This document shows positions 9,972-20,346 of a DNA stretch of 64,000 nucleotides, in pieces. Every line of letters begins with the position of its first letter. The stretch's first letter is position 1. The translations under genes and the position numbers were made by a program. The DNA is taken from NCBI GenBank assembly GCA_018064365.1, contig JAGHVJ010000006.1, positions 2,058 to 66,057 of the forward strand, written 5' to 3'. Under the pieces are notes generated by a model. The model saw only the letters and a program-made list of their open reading frames with translations. It was not told the origin of the DNA and ran no database searches. The DNA is from Candidatus Enterousia onthequi (GTDB lineage: Bacteria; Pseudomonadota; Alphaproteobacteria; Rs-D84).

Positions 9972-12182
9972 ATGAGAAACATTTTTTTATGTTTTTTTAC
10001 GATGCTATTGTTTGCGCCGTCGGGATTGTTTGCGGCGACGGCATCTCGTGCTACAAATCATACGGAATCTGCATCAAATTCAACCCGTGTTGCGACATCT
10101 GAACGCTCTGGTGGAATGACGCGTCCATCAACAAATACGAATAATGGTTCGCGAACAGACAAGGTTGTATCCAGAACTGGGGATAAAACACCAAGGACAT
10201 CGGAATCTTCCGCGCGGTCAACGGTTACGCGCGGTGGCGAAATATCGGTGCGGACCGGTATTGCGCCACGAACACTGGAATCTAATCGTGTTGGAATTAA
10301 ACAACGGGGGGCTGTATCAAACCGTGTTTTGAATTCTGGAAATAATACTCTGGAACGTAATATCTCTGGTCGTGCTACAATATTATCGTCATCTCAAACC
10401 CAAGGTAAAAAAGTATCTGCGGCTGATGTTGCTGCGGCCCAAGAATTATTGGAACAAACGGCCAGTTTGAATAAATCATGCCAAGAACAATATAACGAAT
10501 GTATGGACCAATTCTGCGCGGTTGTTGATGCAAATCAAAAAAGATGCAGTTGTTCGGCGAATTTATCTAAATATTCCAGTGTCCAAGATGCTGTGACAAA
10601 CGCAAACAACGAATTAAATAGTGTTGCACAAAGAATTCGTTATGTTGGTTTGTCTGCCGATGAAATTCGTGCCATTATGTCCGAGACCGAGGCCGAGGCT
10701 GAATTAGATAACAATCGTGATGTGTCTGAAACACGCAGTATGTTGTCCAAAATAGAAGAGTTAATCCAAGACCCAACCACTCGTGTCAGTACAACTGGTG
10801 GTGATTCTGATTTTGGTTTGGATATTGATTTGGATTTTTCCAATACCGATGCAGACATTTTCAGTCTTGATTTTTTAAATGGTAATAACGATTCGATTTC
10901 CAGTAAACGTGGAACGGCTTTATATAACGCTGCGAAAAAACGTTGCAAAGCAATTTTGGACAACTGTACAGATGTTGGGGCAACATCAAACCAAATTACT
11001 GGCAATTATGACCTGGCAATTGACAAAGATTGTATCGCATATGAACAAGGTTTAAAGAAAATGAACGAAACCTTGCAATCTAATGTGCGCAGTGCTGGAT
11101 TGATGTTGCAAAAGGCACGTTTGGCGGTGTTGCAAAACAAAAACCAATATGATGCCAAGGGGTGTATTGGCGCGCTGGAAACATGTATGACTGATGATAT
11201 GGTGTGTGGTTCCGATTATGCGAAATGTCTGGACCCAACCAAAAAATACATAGATGAAAATGGCAAGGTTGTATTGGGCCAAGATATTACAAATATCACA
11301 GATTTTATGTCTGGATTTAATAGTGCCAATATCGATTCTAACAAGTTGTCCACGGCAACCAGTATAACAATTAGTGACAGTACCTGCAAATCCAATGACA
11401 ATAATGACGGGACGTGTGTTGTAAAATATTTGTTGGATAAAATCGGCACTGGTGCAACTGTCAAAGATGGCGGATTGTGTCGTGCAGTTTTGGATAAATG
11501 CCAACAATATACATATAATTTATCAGGAAATAAATATAATCCGTACAATGATGTTGTTGTAAATTATATTCAACGCGCAATGGTGAATATTAAATCATCG
11601 CAACAACAAATTATTTCTGATTATGCATCAACCTGTATGACGGATGTTGCTGCATGCTATAATCAACAGGTAACCCAGGTAAATTCTTGGTCGTCCGTGG
11701 CGTCTGTATCCAGTATTCGTGGTGTGATGACGGGGGCGTGTCGTAATGTTGCATTGACATGTGCGTATGCAGTATTTGCAAATATGTGCACCACAGGTGA
11801 ACAAAATGCAATAAATTGGGTGCTGCAAGATAGCGATACCGCAGTCAATAGTAGTTCTTGCGTTCCATGTGATATTGAGCATCCATCACAATGCATAGAA
11901 GGCATTTCTGAAATATTCTACCAGTCTTTGTTATGTCCAGAAAATTCAACATATCAAACGACGGCTGGTGTGCCATCGAATCGTACAATCGAAGGTTATG
12001 TAAATACTCAATGCAAATGTAATTTGGGTTACACTTCATTTAATGGTGCATGCTTGACATCATGTGCAAATAATGAATATCGCAATGAATACGGCACATG
12101 CGCAAAATGTGACGGCTCTCTTGACAGTGTCAGTGATGGCAAAGAACATGCCACATGCACACCCGCATCCAGTGGTTCCTAA
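9972..12182 (+). CDS. Large secreted protein (paralog B of 6895..9102). Arg/Ser/Thr-rich low-complexity region followed by Cys-rich domains, including EGF-like Cys spacing at the C-terminus.
   Basis: Signal peptide MLLFAPSGLFAATASRA. C.EQYNECMDQFC......RCSC aligns with paralog A. C-terminal CKCNLGYTSFNGACLTSCANNEY...CAKCDG. Confidence 0.75.
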   Translation: MRNIFLCFFTMLLFAPSGLFAATASRATNHTESASNSTRVATSERSGGMTRPSTNTNNGSRTDKVVSRTGDKTPRTSESSARSTVTRGGEISVRTGIAPRTLESNRVGIKQRGAVSNRVLNSGNNTLERNISGRATILSSSQTQGKKVSAADVAAAQELLEQTASLNKSCQEQYNECMDQFCAVVDANQKRCSCSANLSKYSSVQDAVTNANNELNSVAQRIRYVGLSADEIRAIMSETEAEAELDNNRDVSETRSMLSKIEELIQDPTTRVSTTGGDSDFGLDIDLDFSNTDADIFSLDFLNGNNDSISSKRGTALYNAAKKRCKAILDNCTDVGATSNQITGNYDLAIDKDCIAYEQGLKKMNETLQSNVRSAGLMLQKARLAVLQNKNQYDAKGCIGALETCMTDDMVCGSDYAKCLDPTKKYIDENGKVVLGQDITNITDFMSGFNSANIDSNKLSTATSITISDSTCKSNDNNDGTCVVKYLLDKIGTGATVKDGGLCRAVLDKCQQYTYNLSGNKYNPYNDVVVNYIQRAMVNIKSSQQQIISDYASTCMTDVAACYNQQVTQVNSWSSVASVSSIRGVMTGACRNVALTCAYAVFANMCTTGEQNAINWVLQDSDTAVNSSSCVPCDIEHPSQCIEGISEIFYQSLLCPENSTYQTTAGVPSNRTIEGYVNTQCKCNLGYTSFNGACLTSCANNEYRNEYGTCAKCDGSLDSVSDGKEHATCTPASSGS

Positions 12183-12186
12183 GTAT

Positions 12187-12867
12187 TTATTCTGCGGTAA
12201 TTTTACTCATAAATTCATTATGATTTTTTAATTCATCATCGTGCGCAGGAAAATGGCGATGTGGGAAATTTTCACCAATCTTTGGATGCTTTAACATGGC
12301 CTCGTGTTGCTGGGCGATAACATCGTTTATATCTGGTGCCGGTGCCGTGTTTTCTAATTCTAAATATACTTTTGCCAAAATTTCCGCGTCAATCAAAGCA
12401 CCGTGTGCATCTGCGCGTGCGGTCAGTGATACGCCAAACCATTTGGCCAATGCGTCCAAAGTATATGCCTTTGGACCGAATACACGATTGCGTGCGATAA
12501 CAATAGAATCGCGTTGCTGGTCGCGTGAAATTTGTGGCAACCCCAATTTTGCTAATTCAAAATTTATAAACGGAAAGTCAAAGTCAAACCCATTGTGCGC
12601 AACAATCGGTGCATCGCCAATAAATTCTAAAAATTTTGGTGCAATCTCACTCATCTTTGGTTTGTCTTCCAAAAAAGCATTTGAAATTTTATGAACCATA
12701 TATGTTTCAGGTGGAATAATTTTACCCTCGGGGTTTATGTATTCGTGAAAAGTATTTTCAGTAAGCACACCATCAACCAATTCAACCGCGCCGATTTCAA
12801 TACAACGGTCGCCACGAGTCCATTCAAACCCTGTTGTTTCAATATCAAAACATATAATTCTTGCCAT
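12187..12867 (-). CDS. dnaQ: DNA polymerase III epsilon subunit (3'-5' exonuclease)
   Basis: MARIICFDIETTGF (Exo I), HNGFDFDFPF (Exo II) and HGALIDAEILAKVY (Exo III). Confidence 0.9.
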   Translation of the reverse strand: MARIICFDIETTGFEWTRGDRCIEIGAVELVDGVLTENTFHEYINPEGKIIPPETYMVHKISNAFLEDKPKMSEIAPKFLEFIGDAPIVAHNGFDFDFPFINFELAKLGLPQISRDQQRDSIVIARNRVFGPKAYTLDALAKWFGVSLTARADAHGALIDAEILAKVYLELENTAPAPDINDVIAQQHEAMLKHPKIGENFPHRHFPAHDDELKNHNEFMSKITAE

Positions 12868-12908
12868 AATTTCACCTTAAAAAATGTGATTGAGATAATC
12901 TATTTTTT

Positions 12909-15011
12909 TTGTATTATAATAAAGCCGTGAAATTAAATCTAGAAAATCTTAATCCTGAACAATTACGTGCCGTCCAAAAAACAGATGGCCCTGTTTTGGT
13001 GTTGGCGGGTGCGGGAACTGGAAAAACACGTGTTTTGACTACGCGCATTGGTTATATTTTAGAACAAAAATTGGCGTTTCCGTGGCAAATTTTGGCACTG
13101 ACTTTTACTAACAAGGCCGCAAATGAAATGAAATCCAGAATTGATTCAATGTCTGACGGTGAATTTATTGCCCGTGACATTTGGTGTGGCACATTTCACT
13201 CTATATGTTTGCGGATATTGCGTTCGAATTACGCAACTGTTGGATTGCGACCAGATTTTTTGATTTATGGCGAAGACGACCAAAAATCTGTTGTTAAAAA
13301 GGTTTTGAACGACCTGAATATTACAACTACAAAAAAGCCATCAGAATACATCGAAGATTTTTCCAGGATAAAGGACCGTGGTTTAACCCAAACACCGTCC
13401 ACAGACCGAATTTTTAACACGTATAACGATGAATTGCGTCGTCTAGGTGCGGTTGATTTCGGCGATATAATTTTATGTGTTTTGAATTTGTTTGAACAAA
13501 ATCCTGCGATTTTAGAGCGTTATCAAAAACAATTCAAATATATCTTGGTCGATGAATTCCAAGATACCAATGTCGCCCAGATGCAGTTGTTAAAATATTT
13601 AACACGTGGTAATGACTGTCCGAATATTTGTTGTGTTGGTGATGACGACCAATCTATTTACTCTTGGCGTGGTGCAGAAATAAAAAATATTCTAGATTTT
13701 GAAAAAACATATCCTGGCACTACTGTGATTCGTTTGGAAACAAATTATCGCAGTACAGGAAATATCTTGGGGGCTGCAAATTCATTGATACATCATAATG
13801 ATGATAGGTTGGGCAAAGATTTACACACGGTTGCAAACGGTGATGACGGTGAAAAAATATATGTGTTCACTTTATCAACCGATTTAGACGAGGCGAAGTT
13901 TATCGCCGACGCAATTATTAAAAATGGCCCGACATATAATGATAAAACAATTTTAATTCGTTCTGGGGCGTTATCTCGTTTGTTCGAAGAAGAATTTGCG
14001 CGTCGTCAAATTCCATATCGTTTAATTGGCGCAACCAAATTCTATGACCGTATGGAAATTCGTGATGTGATTGCGTATATTCGATTACTGGTGCATCCGT
14101 TTGATGATATGTCTTTTTTGCGTGTTATTGGAAAACCTCGGCGTGGTTTTGGGCCATCTGCAATTGAAAAAATGCGTGCGGCAGGCGATAATTTAATGGC
14201 TGGATTGCGTGCGTATTCGTTCCGTGGCAAACAACAAGATACCGCAAACGAGTTTTTATCAGTATTTGATTTTGATTGGGAAAATATGCCACCCCAGGAT
14301 GCTGTTAAAAAATTATTAGATTCATCTGGATACATAAAAATGTGGCAAGAATCCAAAGATGTTGATGCGCATGACCGTATAAACAATATTCACGAATTGG
14401 TAAATTCTGTTGTTGCAAAATACGATTCTTTGCATGATTTTCTGGAACAGGCGGCATTAATGATGACGGATGATAATGATGACCCAGATATATTAAACAA
14501 TAATGCCGTGAACATTATGACGATACACGCGGCCAAAGGATTAGAATTTGATAACGTATTCCTACCCGCTGTCGAAGAGGGTGTTTTTCCAAATGAAAAA
14601 TCAATCCAAGAAGGTTCTATCCAAGAAGAACGCAGACTTGCCTATGTCGCAATAACGCGTGCACGAAAATTTGTTGTTATAACTAATGCGATATCGCGCG
14701 TTATGTATGGCGAACGAAAATATAATGCTCCCAGCCGTTTTATCAGTGAAATAGATTCTTCATTTTTGGTGTTTGGTGATGATGTCGCACGTCCCACCAC
14801 ACGCCCGCAACCACATCACTATACGAATCAAACTTATGAACATAAAAAAAAGTTTGTTGCAGCGCCTCGTAAAACATTGGTTGGCCGTATGGCGCGTCAC
14901 AGTGAATACGGCACAGGTGTTATTATCGAAGAAGGAACCGGAATTTTAACAATCGCATTTGGGACGCGTGGAATTAAAAAAATTGCGCGTGATTTTGTGA
15001 CGGTTTTATAA
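12909..15011 (+). CDS. uvrD: UvrD/Rep/PcrA-family ATP-dependent DNA helicase
   Basis: LNPEQLRAV..AGAGTGKT (Walker A), DEFQDTN, TNYRS and TIHAAKGLEF motifs. TTG or GTG start. Confidence 0.9.
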   Translation: MYYNKAVKLNLENLNPEQLRAVQKTDGPVLVLAGAGTGKTRVLTTRIGYILEQKLAFPWQILALTFTNKAANEMKSRIDSMSDGEFIARDIWCGTFHSICLRILRSNYATVGLRPDFLIYGEDDQKSVVKKVLNDLNITTTKKPSEYIEDFSRIKDRGLTQTPSTDRIFNTYNDELRRLGAVDFGDIILCVLNLFEQNPAILERYQKQFKYILVDEFQDTNVAQMQLLKYLTRGNDCPNICCVGDDDQSIYSWRGAEIKNILDFEKTYPGTTVIRLETNYRSTGNILGAANSLIHHNDDRLGKDLHTVANGDDGEKIYVFTLSTDLDEAKFIADAIIKNGPTYNDKTILIRSGALSRLFEEEFARRQIPYRLIGATKFYDRMEIRDVIAYIRLLVHPFDDMSFLRVIGKPRRGFGPSAIEKMRAAGDNLMAGLRAYSFRGKQQDTANEFLSVFDFDWENMPPQDAVKKLLDSSGYIKMWQESKDVDAHDRINNIHELVNSVVAKYDSLHDFLEQAALMMTDDNDDPDILNNNAVNIMTIHAAKGLEFDNVFLPAVEEGVFPNEKSIQEGSIQEERRLAYVAITRARKFVVITNAISRVMYGERKYNAPSRFISEIDSSFLVFGDDVARPTTRPQPHHYTNQTYEHKKKFVAAPRKTLVGRMARHSEYGTGVIIEEGTGILTIAFGTRGIKKIARDFVTVL

Positions 15012-16292
15012 ATTGTTTTTTACAATATCGCGTGCTTGTTTCCAACGTTTTTTTGTAAGTTCCCACAATTTTTCTGTGTCTTTCTTTACTTTATCGCCCA
15101 GCCCAGATTCGATTTTTCCACCCCAATCAGAAGCCAATTTTTGTGATTTTTCCGCCATATAGCAAACCAACAACAGCGATAAAATCAACAATATTGCGCC
15201 GTCAAATCCGAACCCCGTCAACAGTTGTCCTGTATTTGGATTTACAACAAAAGTCAATAAAGATACAGATACACCTGTTGCCACCGCCAGACATACAAAA
15301 TAAATTGCTGCTTTGACAATGCGTGTAATTTGGGTTTCTAATTTTTCTGCTTTGAATATATCTAAAAAAGAATTAAATATATCCCCAGCAACACCCTTGT
15401 ACTGTGTTTTTGCGGTTGTTTCTGCAATCGCAGTAAACGGCAGCAATAACAAACTTAAAAATATATCTGCGATAACACCCAAGGAAATAAACAAATATTT
15501 CCAAATGTTTTTCAATGCCAAATATGTTATGTATAATCCAATAGCAGACGTGAATAAACTTGCGCCCACACCGGCAACAACCCATTTCCAACCAATTCCA
15601 ATAATCGTTGTAAAAAATGCAGACATTTGTGTTGGTATGCACAATAACCCAGCCGCAGAATCTGCGGTGATTTGCAGGTTTTCTGGTGCGCTGGTTGCGG
15701 CATATTGACGTATTGCTTCGCACGTGTCTGGCAGTTTATATCCCACAACACCAGTGATAGCATCCCATATTGTTGTAGCGATATATGTCCCTGCCGATAT
15801 AATTGGAACCATAATCGTAGTAAAAGCATGGGCAATTCCGAACTTTAATACAATCAACCACGCAGAAATAATCAAACCTTTTTTTAATATGTCTTCTACG
15901 GCTTTTTTTGCATCTCCACCAGAACCGATTAAATGATACGCTTCAAAAGCAATCAAAAACGCGTATGCAATCAACATAAACATAATTGCAAATGTTGCCA
16001 ATGAATTGTCCAATGCTACACCGACACGCGCCATACCGCCCATAAACGCCAGCCCTAATTTTGCCTCTATCGGAACATAACTGTGGGCAACAGTTGTGGC
16101 GGTTGGACCAAAGTTATTTAATTCGTCTACGATTCGACCGGTAACCAAAGAACGATTTTCTTCTGTTGCCCAAGTCCCATAATCACCAATATCCCCAGAC
16201 CCGTATGTTGTATCTGCAAACCCAGGCACTGCGATAAATATTGCAAATATCACAATTAAAATTTTTCGTAAAAAATCACGTGTTTTCATCAT
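15006..16292 (-). CDS. Polytopic membrane protein, member 1 of a 5-gene paralogous family, VirB6/TrbL-like by architecture (putative)
   Basis: Signal or TM at the N-terminus, 6 or more TM helices and a Gly-rich sequence. Similar to the neighbouring ORFs (..IVKAAIYFV.. vs ..VIKAAISVV..). Confidence 0.45.
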   Translation of the reverse strand: MMKTRDFLRKILIVIFAIFIAVPGFADTTYGSGDIGDYGTWATEENRSLVTGRIVDELNNFGPTATTVAHSYVPIEAKLGLAFMGGMARVGVALDNSLATFAIMFMLIAYAFLIAFEAYHLIGSGGDAKKAVEDILKKGLIISAWLIVLKFGIAHAFTTIMVPIISAGTYIATTIWDAITGVVGYKLPDTCEAIRQYAATSAPENLQITADSAAGLLCIPTQMSAFFTTIIGIGWKWVVAGVGASLFTSAIGLYITYLALKNIWKYLFISLGVIADIFLSLLLLPFTAIAETTAKTQYKGVAGDIFNSFLDIFKAEKLETQITRIVKAAIYFVCLAVATGVSVSLLTFVVNPNTGQLLTGFGFDGAILLILSLLLVCYMAEKSQKLASDWGGKIESGLGDKVKKDTEKLWELTKKRWKQARDIVKNNL

Positions 16293-17785
16293 GATATAAA
16301 TCCATTGTCATGCAATCTTTTTACCGCACCATCAAACCATTTGCGTGGTGCATGCCATGCCTTTTGCCCTAAATCGTGGGCCCATTTTCCGATGTCAAAT
16401 TGTTCGCCCGTTCCAACATCTGATTCTTCGCCTGGGATTGGCAATTTAACTTTGCCCGCAGGTAACAAAGCATCAACTTTTGGACTTAATACATAATAAT
16501 ATAACAAGAATAATCCAGCCATCAAAATCAAGAAAGACCACCCATCAGCCAAGAAATCAAATGCGCCTGGGTGTTCGGCTTCGATAATTTGTTTTTGTTG
16601 TTCAAAACAAGGTTTAAATAAATCTGCATCGACCAAACCGTCCGCATCTTTGGATTGTGCCTCGCATACAGAAAATGCGTTCATCACGGATTCTGCCGCC
16701 GGTGTTGTGTTTTGTGTGATTTGTGTTCCGAATAATGGTGGTAACACAGATGTATAACCGTCCACAGGACCTGGGAATGTCGCGTCCGCAGCATAGAAAA
16801 TAATCGCAAATAATAATGCAATTTTTAACGAAATAGATACAACTGAAATTGCGGCCTTGATAACCGTTTCTAATGATTTGCGGAATAATCCTGATGCTGC
16901 TTTCCATACTTTTTCATATGCCAACGCAGCAATTAAAATGGGCAAGAATATAATAACGAAAACGACTTTGAACAAAATCGAGAAAATTTGAAAGAATAAA
17001 TCAAATCCAATAACTAAAAATGCCAGAACCAAGAACAGCCCCGCAATCCATGTCAGCATACCGCCACCCAATCCCAGCCAAGCATAATTCATCAGTGCGA
17101 ATCCACCGGCGGCGCCTGCCAGCATAACAGAATATAAATTTCCAATAACGCACATAAATGAACCAGATACCGCGGCCATTGCACCAGATAATTGGGTCGC
17201 ACCCAAAATAACATTACAATCAGTTGCAGAATTTACACCCGTTGCTACCATTGATAGTGTAGAACCAATATATAAAATTGGCGAAATTAAAATTTCAGAA
17301 ATTACTTTCAAAGATGCAGTGCTATCCAAACTCAATACACCAATCGCAACACCTGCAATCATAATGCGCAACCCCAATTTCCATACTGGTTCAAACCAAG
17401 TTTGAAAATCTATATTATTTGCATTTGCGGTATATTCTGCATTTTTCTTTGATTTTTCCCAAACATATTTTATCGCAGAAATAAACATAAAAATCGCAAA
17501 TCCGGCACCCATTAAAATCCACAAATTGTTCACAATCCCAGACCAAAACATTTCAGATGCCACACCCAACATATCTAATAATTCAACGACATATTTTCCC
17601 AAAAATACAGTGCCGATATTTTCAATCCCGTTATCTGCGCCGATTGCGTGTATAAATCCGTCAACAGATGTATAGGTCAACGCAGAACCACCAATAGATG
17701 AAGATAAATACCAAATGCCCAACCCCAAGGCAACCACTATACCCAGTACTTTTAATCCCAAAGAAATCAATTTAAATTTCAGCAT
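16289..17785 (-). CDS. Polytopic membrane protein, paralog 2 (VirB6/TrbL-like, putative)
   Basis: Multi-TM. 4-nt overlap with the downstream paralog (operon). Confidence 0.45.
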   Translation of the reverse strand: MLKFKLISLGLKVLGIVVALGLGIWYLSSSIGGSALTYTSVDGFIHAIGADNGIENIGTVFLGKYVVELLDMLGVASEMFWSGIVNNLWILMGAGFAIFMFISAIKYVWEKSKKNAEYTANANNIDFQTWFEPVWKLGLRIMIAGVAIGVLSLDSTASLKVISEILISPILYIGSTLSMVATGVNSATDCNVILGATQLSGAMAAVSGSFMCVIGNLYSVMLAGAAGGFALMNYAWLGLGGGMLTWIAGLFLVLAFLVIGFDLFFQIFSILFKVVFVIIFLPILIAALAYEKVWKAASGLFRKSLETVIKAAISVVSISLKIALLFAIIFYAADATFPGPVDGYTSVLPPLFGTQITQNTTPAAESVMNAFSVCEAQSKDADGLVDADLFKPCFEQQKQIIEAEHPGAFDFLADGWSFLILMAGLFLLYYYVLSPKVDALLPAGKVKLPIPGEESDVGTGEQFDIGKWAHDLGQKAWHAPRKWFDGAVKRLHDNGFIS

Positions 17786-17798
17786 AATGATTTACCTT

Positions 17799-19004
17799 TT
17801 ACGACCTCATTTTCTCGATAATAATTTTAGCGGGTTTTTTGATATAGTTATTAGCAAATCCTTTTGTTAAATTCATTAAACTATCGCCAAATTCTTTGCC
17901 AACCGCATTGTCGCTGGCTTGGACTTGGAACATGCCCAAAACAGTCTTTGTAATATTTGGAATATTACTATAAATAAATCCTAGTACATAAACCAAGACC
18001 ACAACACTAATCAGTGTTAAATCGTTTATGCCCGTTTGATTTAAATCTGTTTCAAATACAGTCCCATCCATAATTGCAGCCAACAAAGTATCAAAGTTAT
18101 TTAGATTGCCGTCTGGGTCTGCAAAGAATTTCACAATAATCACCAAAATCACAGTGTATGTAATTATCGCCACCCCCAAAGATATTATAGCACCAACCAT
18201 ATTTTTTATCTGTTCAACACCGACCCCTTTGCCCAGGGATTTTATCCAACTCAACCAATATGGAACATCTGCTGATTCCTTAAATGCAGTGGTAACCAAA
18301 GATAACGGAAAGAAAAATGCAAACATCGCCATGGCGATAATAACATCTATGAAATAACACAAAAATTGGAAAAACATTTTGAAAAACGCCCAAAACAAAT
18401 ACACCCCGATAAATGCCAATAATAAATGTTTTATAAATGCCCCAATCCCCATAAACATAGCCCATGAAAACCCAGTGTCTAACATTGCGACGCCCAGTTT
18501 CATAAACGATTGAAACAAAGTAAGTGTGACTTTTGCGGTATTGATAATAGAATCACGTAATTCTTGTCTGAATATCCCACCAGAATCATCCATCGGTTGT
18601 GGGGTGTATTCAATGTGTTCTTCAATTTGTTCTGGGGTCAATTGTATCATAGCAGATGCATAGTTTTGTGTCACAATAGCCACCGGTTCAAAAGCCACCT
18701 GGGTTATAAAACGTGGCAACATAACCCCCATGCCCAAAAAAGTCAAAGCAAACAAAGAATTTATAAAAACAGGCCGTATAGATTTGTTAAACCAACCATC
18801 TTGAAAGCCTTCCTTCATGTTTTTCCAAACCGCACCAAAAATATAAAACGCAAATATTGCACAGAATAAAATTGTGCAAATAAGAACGAATTTAGGATAT
18901 GCCGCTGCAGCCGCATCTGACACAATTTGAAACATGCGGTCAAATATCGGACAAGACCAACATTGCGCAGTATTATCGATAAAGGATTGTGCCAAATTAT
19001 TCAT
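17799..19004 (-). CDS. Polytopic membrane protein, paralog 3 (VirB6/TrbL-like, putative)
   Basis: The N-terminal motif CWSCPIF before the first TM is shared with 20347..21669 (CWSCQIF). Confidence 0.45.
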   Translation of the reverse strand: MNNLAQSFIDNTAQCWSCPIFDRMFQIVSDAAAAAYPKFVLICTILFCAIFAFYIFGAVWKNMKEGFQDGWFNKSIRPVFINSLFALTFLGMGVMLPRFITQVAFEPVAIVTQNYASAMIQLTPEQIEEHIEYTPQPMDDSGGIFRQELRDSIINTAKVTLTLFQSFMKLGVAMLDTGFSWAMFMGIGAFIKHLLLAFIGVYLFWAFFKMFFQFLCYFIDVIIAMAMFAFFFPLSLVTTAFKESADVPYWLSWIKSLGKGVGVEQIKNMVGAIISLGVAIITYTVILVIIVKFFADPDGNLNNFDTLLAAIMDGTVFETDLNQTGINDLTLISVVVLVYVLGFIYSNIPNITKTVLGMFQVQASDNAVGKEFGDSLMNLTKGFANNYIKKPAKIIIEKMRS

Positions 19005-19006
19005 AA

Positions 19007-20284
19007 TTATCCCTTAAAAAATTTAACAACATTTTTCACCTTGCCAGGCACAGCCTTGGCCATGCCCCATGTTGTTTTTGCATCGCCTTTGACCTGGTTA
19101 TACAATGCGGTTGCGTCTTTGCCGACATATCCTGTCAATTTTTCGCGTGTGATTTCAAATATTTTATTCATTAAAAAGAAAGTCAATAAACAAGATAACC
19201 ATAAAACAGAATGCCCGCCAAATCCACTGGATAAAGAATCCATGCTTGGTAAATTAGAATACGCAACGCCACCCGCTGCTGTGACGAACATACGACTGTT
19301 CCATTGGAACAAAGCGCGCACCAATGCCAAATTTACACACAATATAAATGCACATGCAATCATTGTCACAACCATTTGTTTTAATGCAGTTATAATGCCA
19401 GAAAAAGCAGGCCATATATCAAACCAACTGTCGCTTTTTTTTGCAACCCATGCGGCCACACCAAAAGGATATAAAATCAAAGCCATACCAAAATTAAATA
19501 TCGTTTGAATAATCAACAAAGCCATAAATAAATTGCACCCCGTAAATGTTATAATCAACAAAATACCAGAAATAATATTCATAAAACCTTGACCGCTGTT
19601 GTGCGACATTAATGTGGTTAAAGTACGCAGTCCATTAGACAAATAAGTAAGCCCACGTTTTATTACAGTATTGTTTGCATGAGACAAAACATGCACAGGT
19701 TGAATTAAATATTCACAAGATTCTGTGTCCAACCAACCCTGTGCCATTAAATTTGATGGACATTGCACCGCGCGCATATCTTCTAAATTTACATCAGATG
19801 CAGCCTTCATAATTTCGGTAGTAAACAAAGAACCAAAACTTAAAAAAGGATTAATCAAATGTTTGGTCATAAAATCTGGCCGTAATGGCAACAAAAGTAT
19901 GGCCGCAACCAATACGCGTATTGCAGGTTTTGCAACATTGTTTGCGATTTTCATTCCGTCAGTATTCTCGATAGAATCCCCAGATTTGAATCCAAATGTG
20001 GACATCCAATATTTAGGAACAAATAATTTAATCAAATACAACGCGACATAAAATACAAAAAATCCCCATACTAATAAATAAATTATACCGTCGTGATTTT
20101 GCCCAACGAAATAAGCATAAGTCCCATTTGCAACAAACATAAATGCATCCAGTACAATAGGCACTAATTTTGAAATGTCCAAAGAATCAACATCAATCAG
20201 ACCCCATCCTGCCAACGCCACACTGGGCACGAATGAGCAGAACAATAAAGTGCATCCAATTAAAAATTTTTTAATACAATTCAT
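19007..20284 (-). CDS. Polytopic membrane protein, paralog 4 (VirB6/TrbL-like, putative)
   Basis: Signal peptide. Motif IRVLVAAILLLPLRP matches IRVLFVGALLLVPLPR in 20347..21669. Confidence 0.45.
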   Translation of the reverse strand: MNCIKKFLIGCTLLFCSFVPSVALAGWGLIDVDSLDISKLVPIVLDAFMFVANGTYAYFVGQNHDGIIYLLVWGFFVFYVALYLIKLFVPKYWMSTFGFKSGDSIENTDGMKIANNVAKPAIRVLVAAILLLPLRPDFMTKHLINPFLSFGSLFTTEIMKAASDVNLEDMRAVQCPSNLMAQGWLDTESCEYLIQPVHVLSHANNTVIKRGLTYLSNGLRTLTTLMSHNSGQGFMNIISGILLIITFTGCNLFMALLIIQTIFNFGMALILYPFGVAAWVAKKSDSWFDIWPAFSGIITALKQMVVTMIACAFILCVNLALVRALFQWNSRMFVTAAGGVAYSNLPSMDSLSSGFGGHSVLWLSCLLTFFLMNKIFEITREKLTGYVGKDATALYNQVKGDAKTTWGMAKAVPGKVKNVVKFFKG

Positions 20285-20346
20285 CTCTTATAATATTATT
20301 ATTGTAATTATAACATAAATCGATAAAATTATGTTATAATTAAAAT

